This document shows positions 63,314-64,000 of a stretch of DNA of 64,000 nucleotides, piece by piece. How positions within the stretch are numbered: position 1 is the stretch's first letter; each line of letters starts with the position of its first letter. The stretch covers positions 23,436,001 to 23,500,000 of the forward strand of contig NC_135250.1 of NCBI RefSeq assembly GCF_964204865.1, written 5' to 3'. The notes beneath the pieces are model-generated. The model had not been told where the DNA came from. It saw only the letters and a list, made by a program, of their open reading frames with translations, and searched no databases. The position numbers were made by a program, and so were the translations under genes. Source of the stretch: Styela clava (Eukaryota).

Positions 63314-63426
63314 AGGCGCTCCCGAAGTGTGCGCACAAAGATAGCGCACAACCTGAACCCTAACTTGGTACACATACCATGTTCAGGTTGTGCGCCATCT
63401 TGGTGCACATACTTTTGGAGGTCCGA
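63314..63426. mobile_element. ~110-bp hairpin MITE copy, TSD AAATGC
   Basis: Same arms; aaatgc on both sides. Confidence 0.78.
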
Positions 63427-64000
63427 AATGCATGGATACTTAAATGATAAAAAAACACATCAAATTAAAATGACTCACAGCAAATTAAAAGATGAAGGGA
63501 AGAATTCAACATAGCTCTATTGCTCGCTCAGTTGCAATAATTAGTAACCTTGTAGGAACTATATTGTATTATCTACAACCCTAACCCTTATACCACCACT
63601 CAAACATAAAACCATGTATGTATGATAAGAAGGACCTCACATCAAAAATGTAAGAAACATGCGCATTAAGGCTAGAATGTGAACAGCTGTTCAAAGAAAA
63701 TACCATCCAGGTATATGAGCTACCTTGTTATAGAAAAAATAGCCATGCATGTCACAATACCATTCTTTTGTACCAGACTTGGTCTGACCAAGTTACGGTA
63801 ACATATAACAATATTATTATAGCTGTCCAACATTCTCATGAAAACAATAATGTGCAAGTGTGAAGTTTTTGTTAATTTTTCGAGTGTGATTAAATTTGTG
63901 TAATTTTCTCGTCATTCCCTCTAAAACTTCAGCCAACAGGTGTCGCTGACCCGGTGACTGTCACAGTCTTTCGCGCTTGCATGATAGAAATAAATTATTT

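Overview
AT-rich, intron-rich metazoan DNA; an invertebrate chordate such as an ascidian is plausible, but that is inference. Host genes: (i) RPL27 on the minus strand, with a 5'TOP non-coding exon and three coding exons in the window; its last exon lies left of the window. (ii) A 33-exon PARP14-like gene (+, 34690-60124; RRMs, KH-like repeats, 3 macrodomains, WWE, ART domain). Both of its enzymatic modules look disabled: the central exon of macrodomain 1 is missing, though an in-frame cryptic acceptor is available, and the catalytic-triad His is Asn (LFNGT). All other exons splice in frame. (iii) A degraded multi-exon locus on the minus strand (~23830-31706), divergent from the PARP gene. Mobile DNA: a very young Mag-type Ty3/Gypsy LTR element with one nonsense codon; a P-superfamily DNA transposon (35-bp TIRs, 7-bp TSD) carrying transposase relics plus a second, convergent spliced C2H2-finger gene; an intact two-ORF CR1-group LINE; tRNA-derived SINEs; many hAT MITEs; a DINE-like Helentron; and a hairpin MITE family with 6-bp TSDs. 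All calls come from manual reading and translation; no database searches were run.
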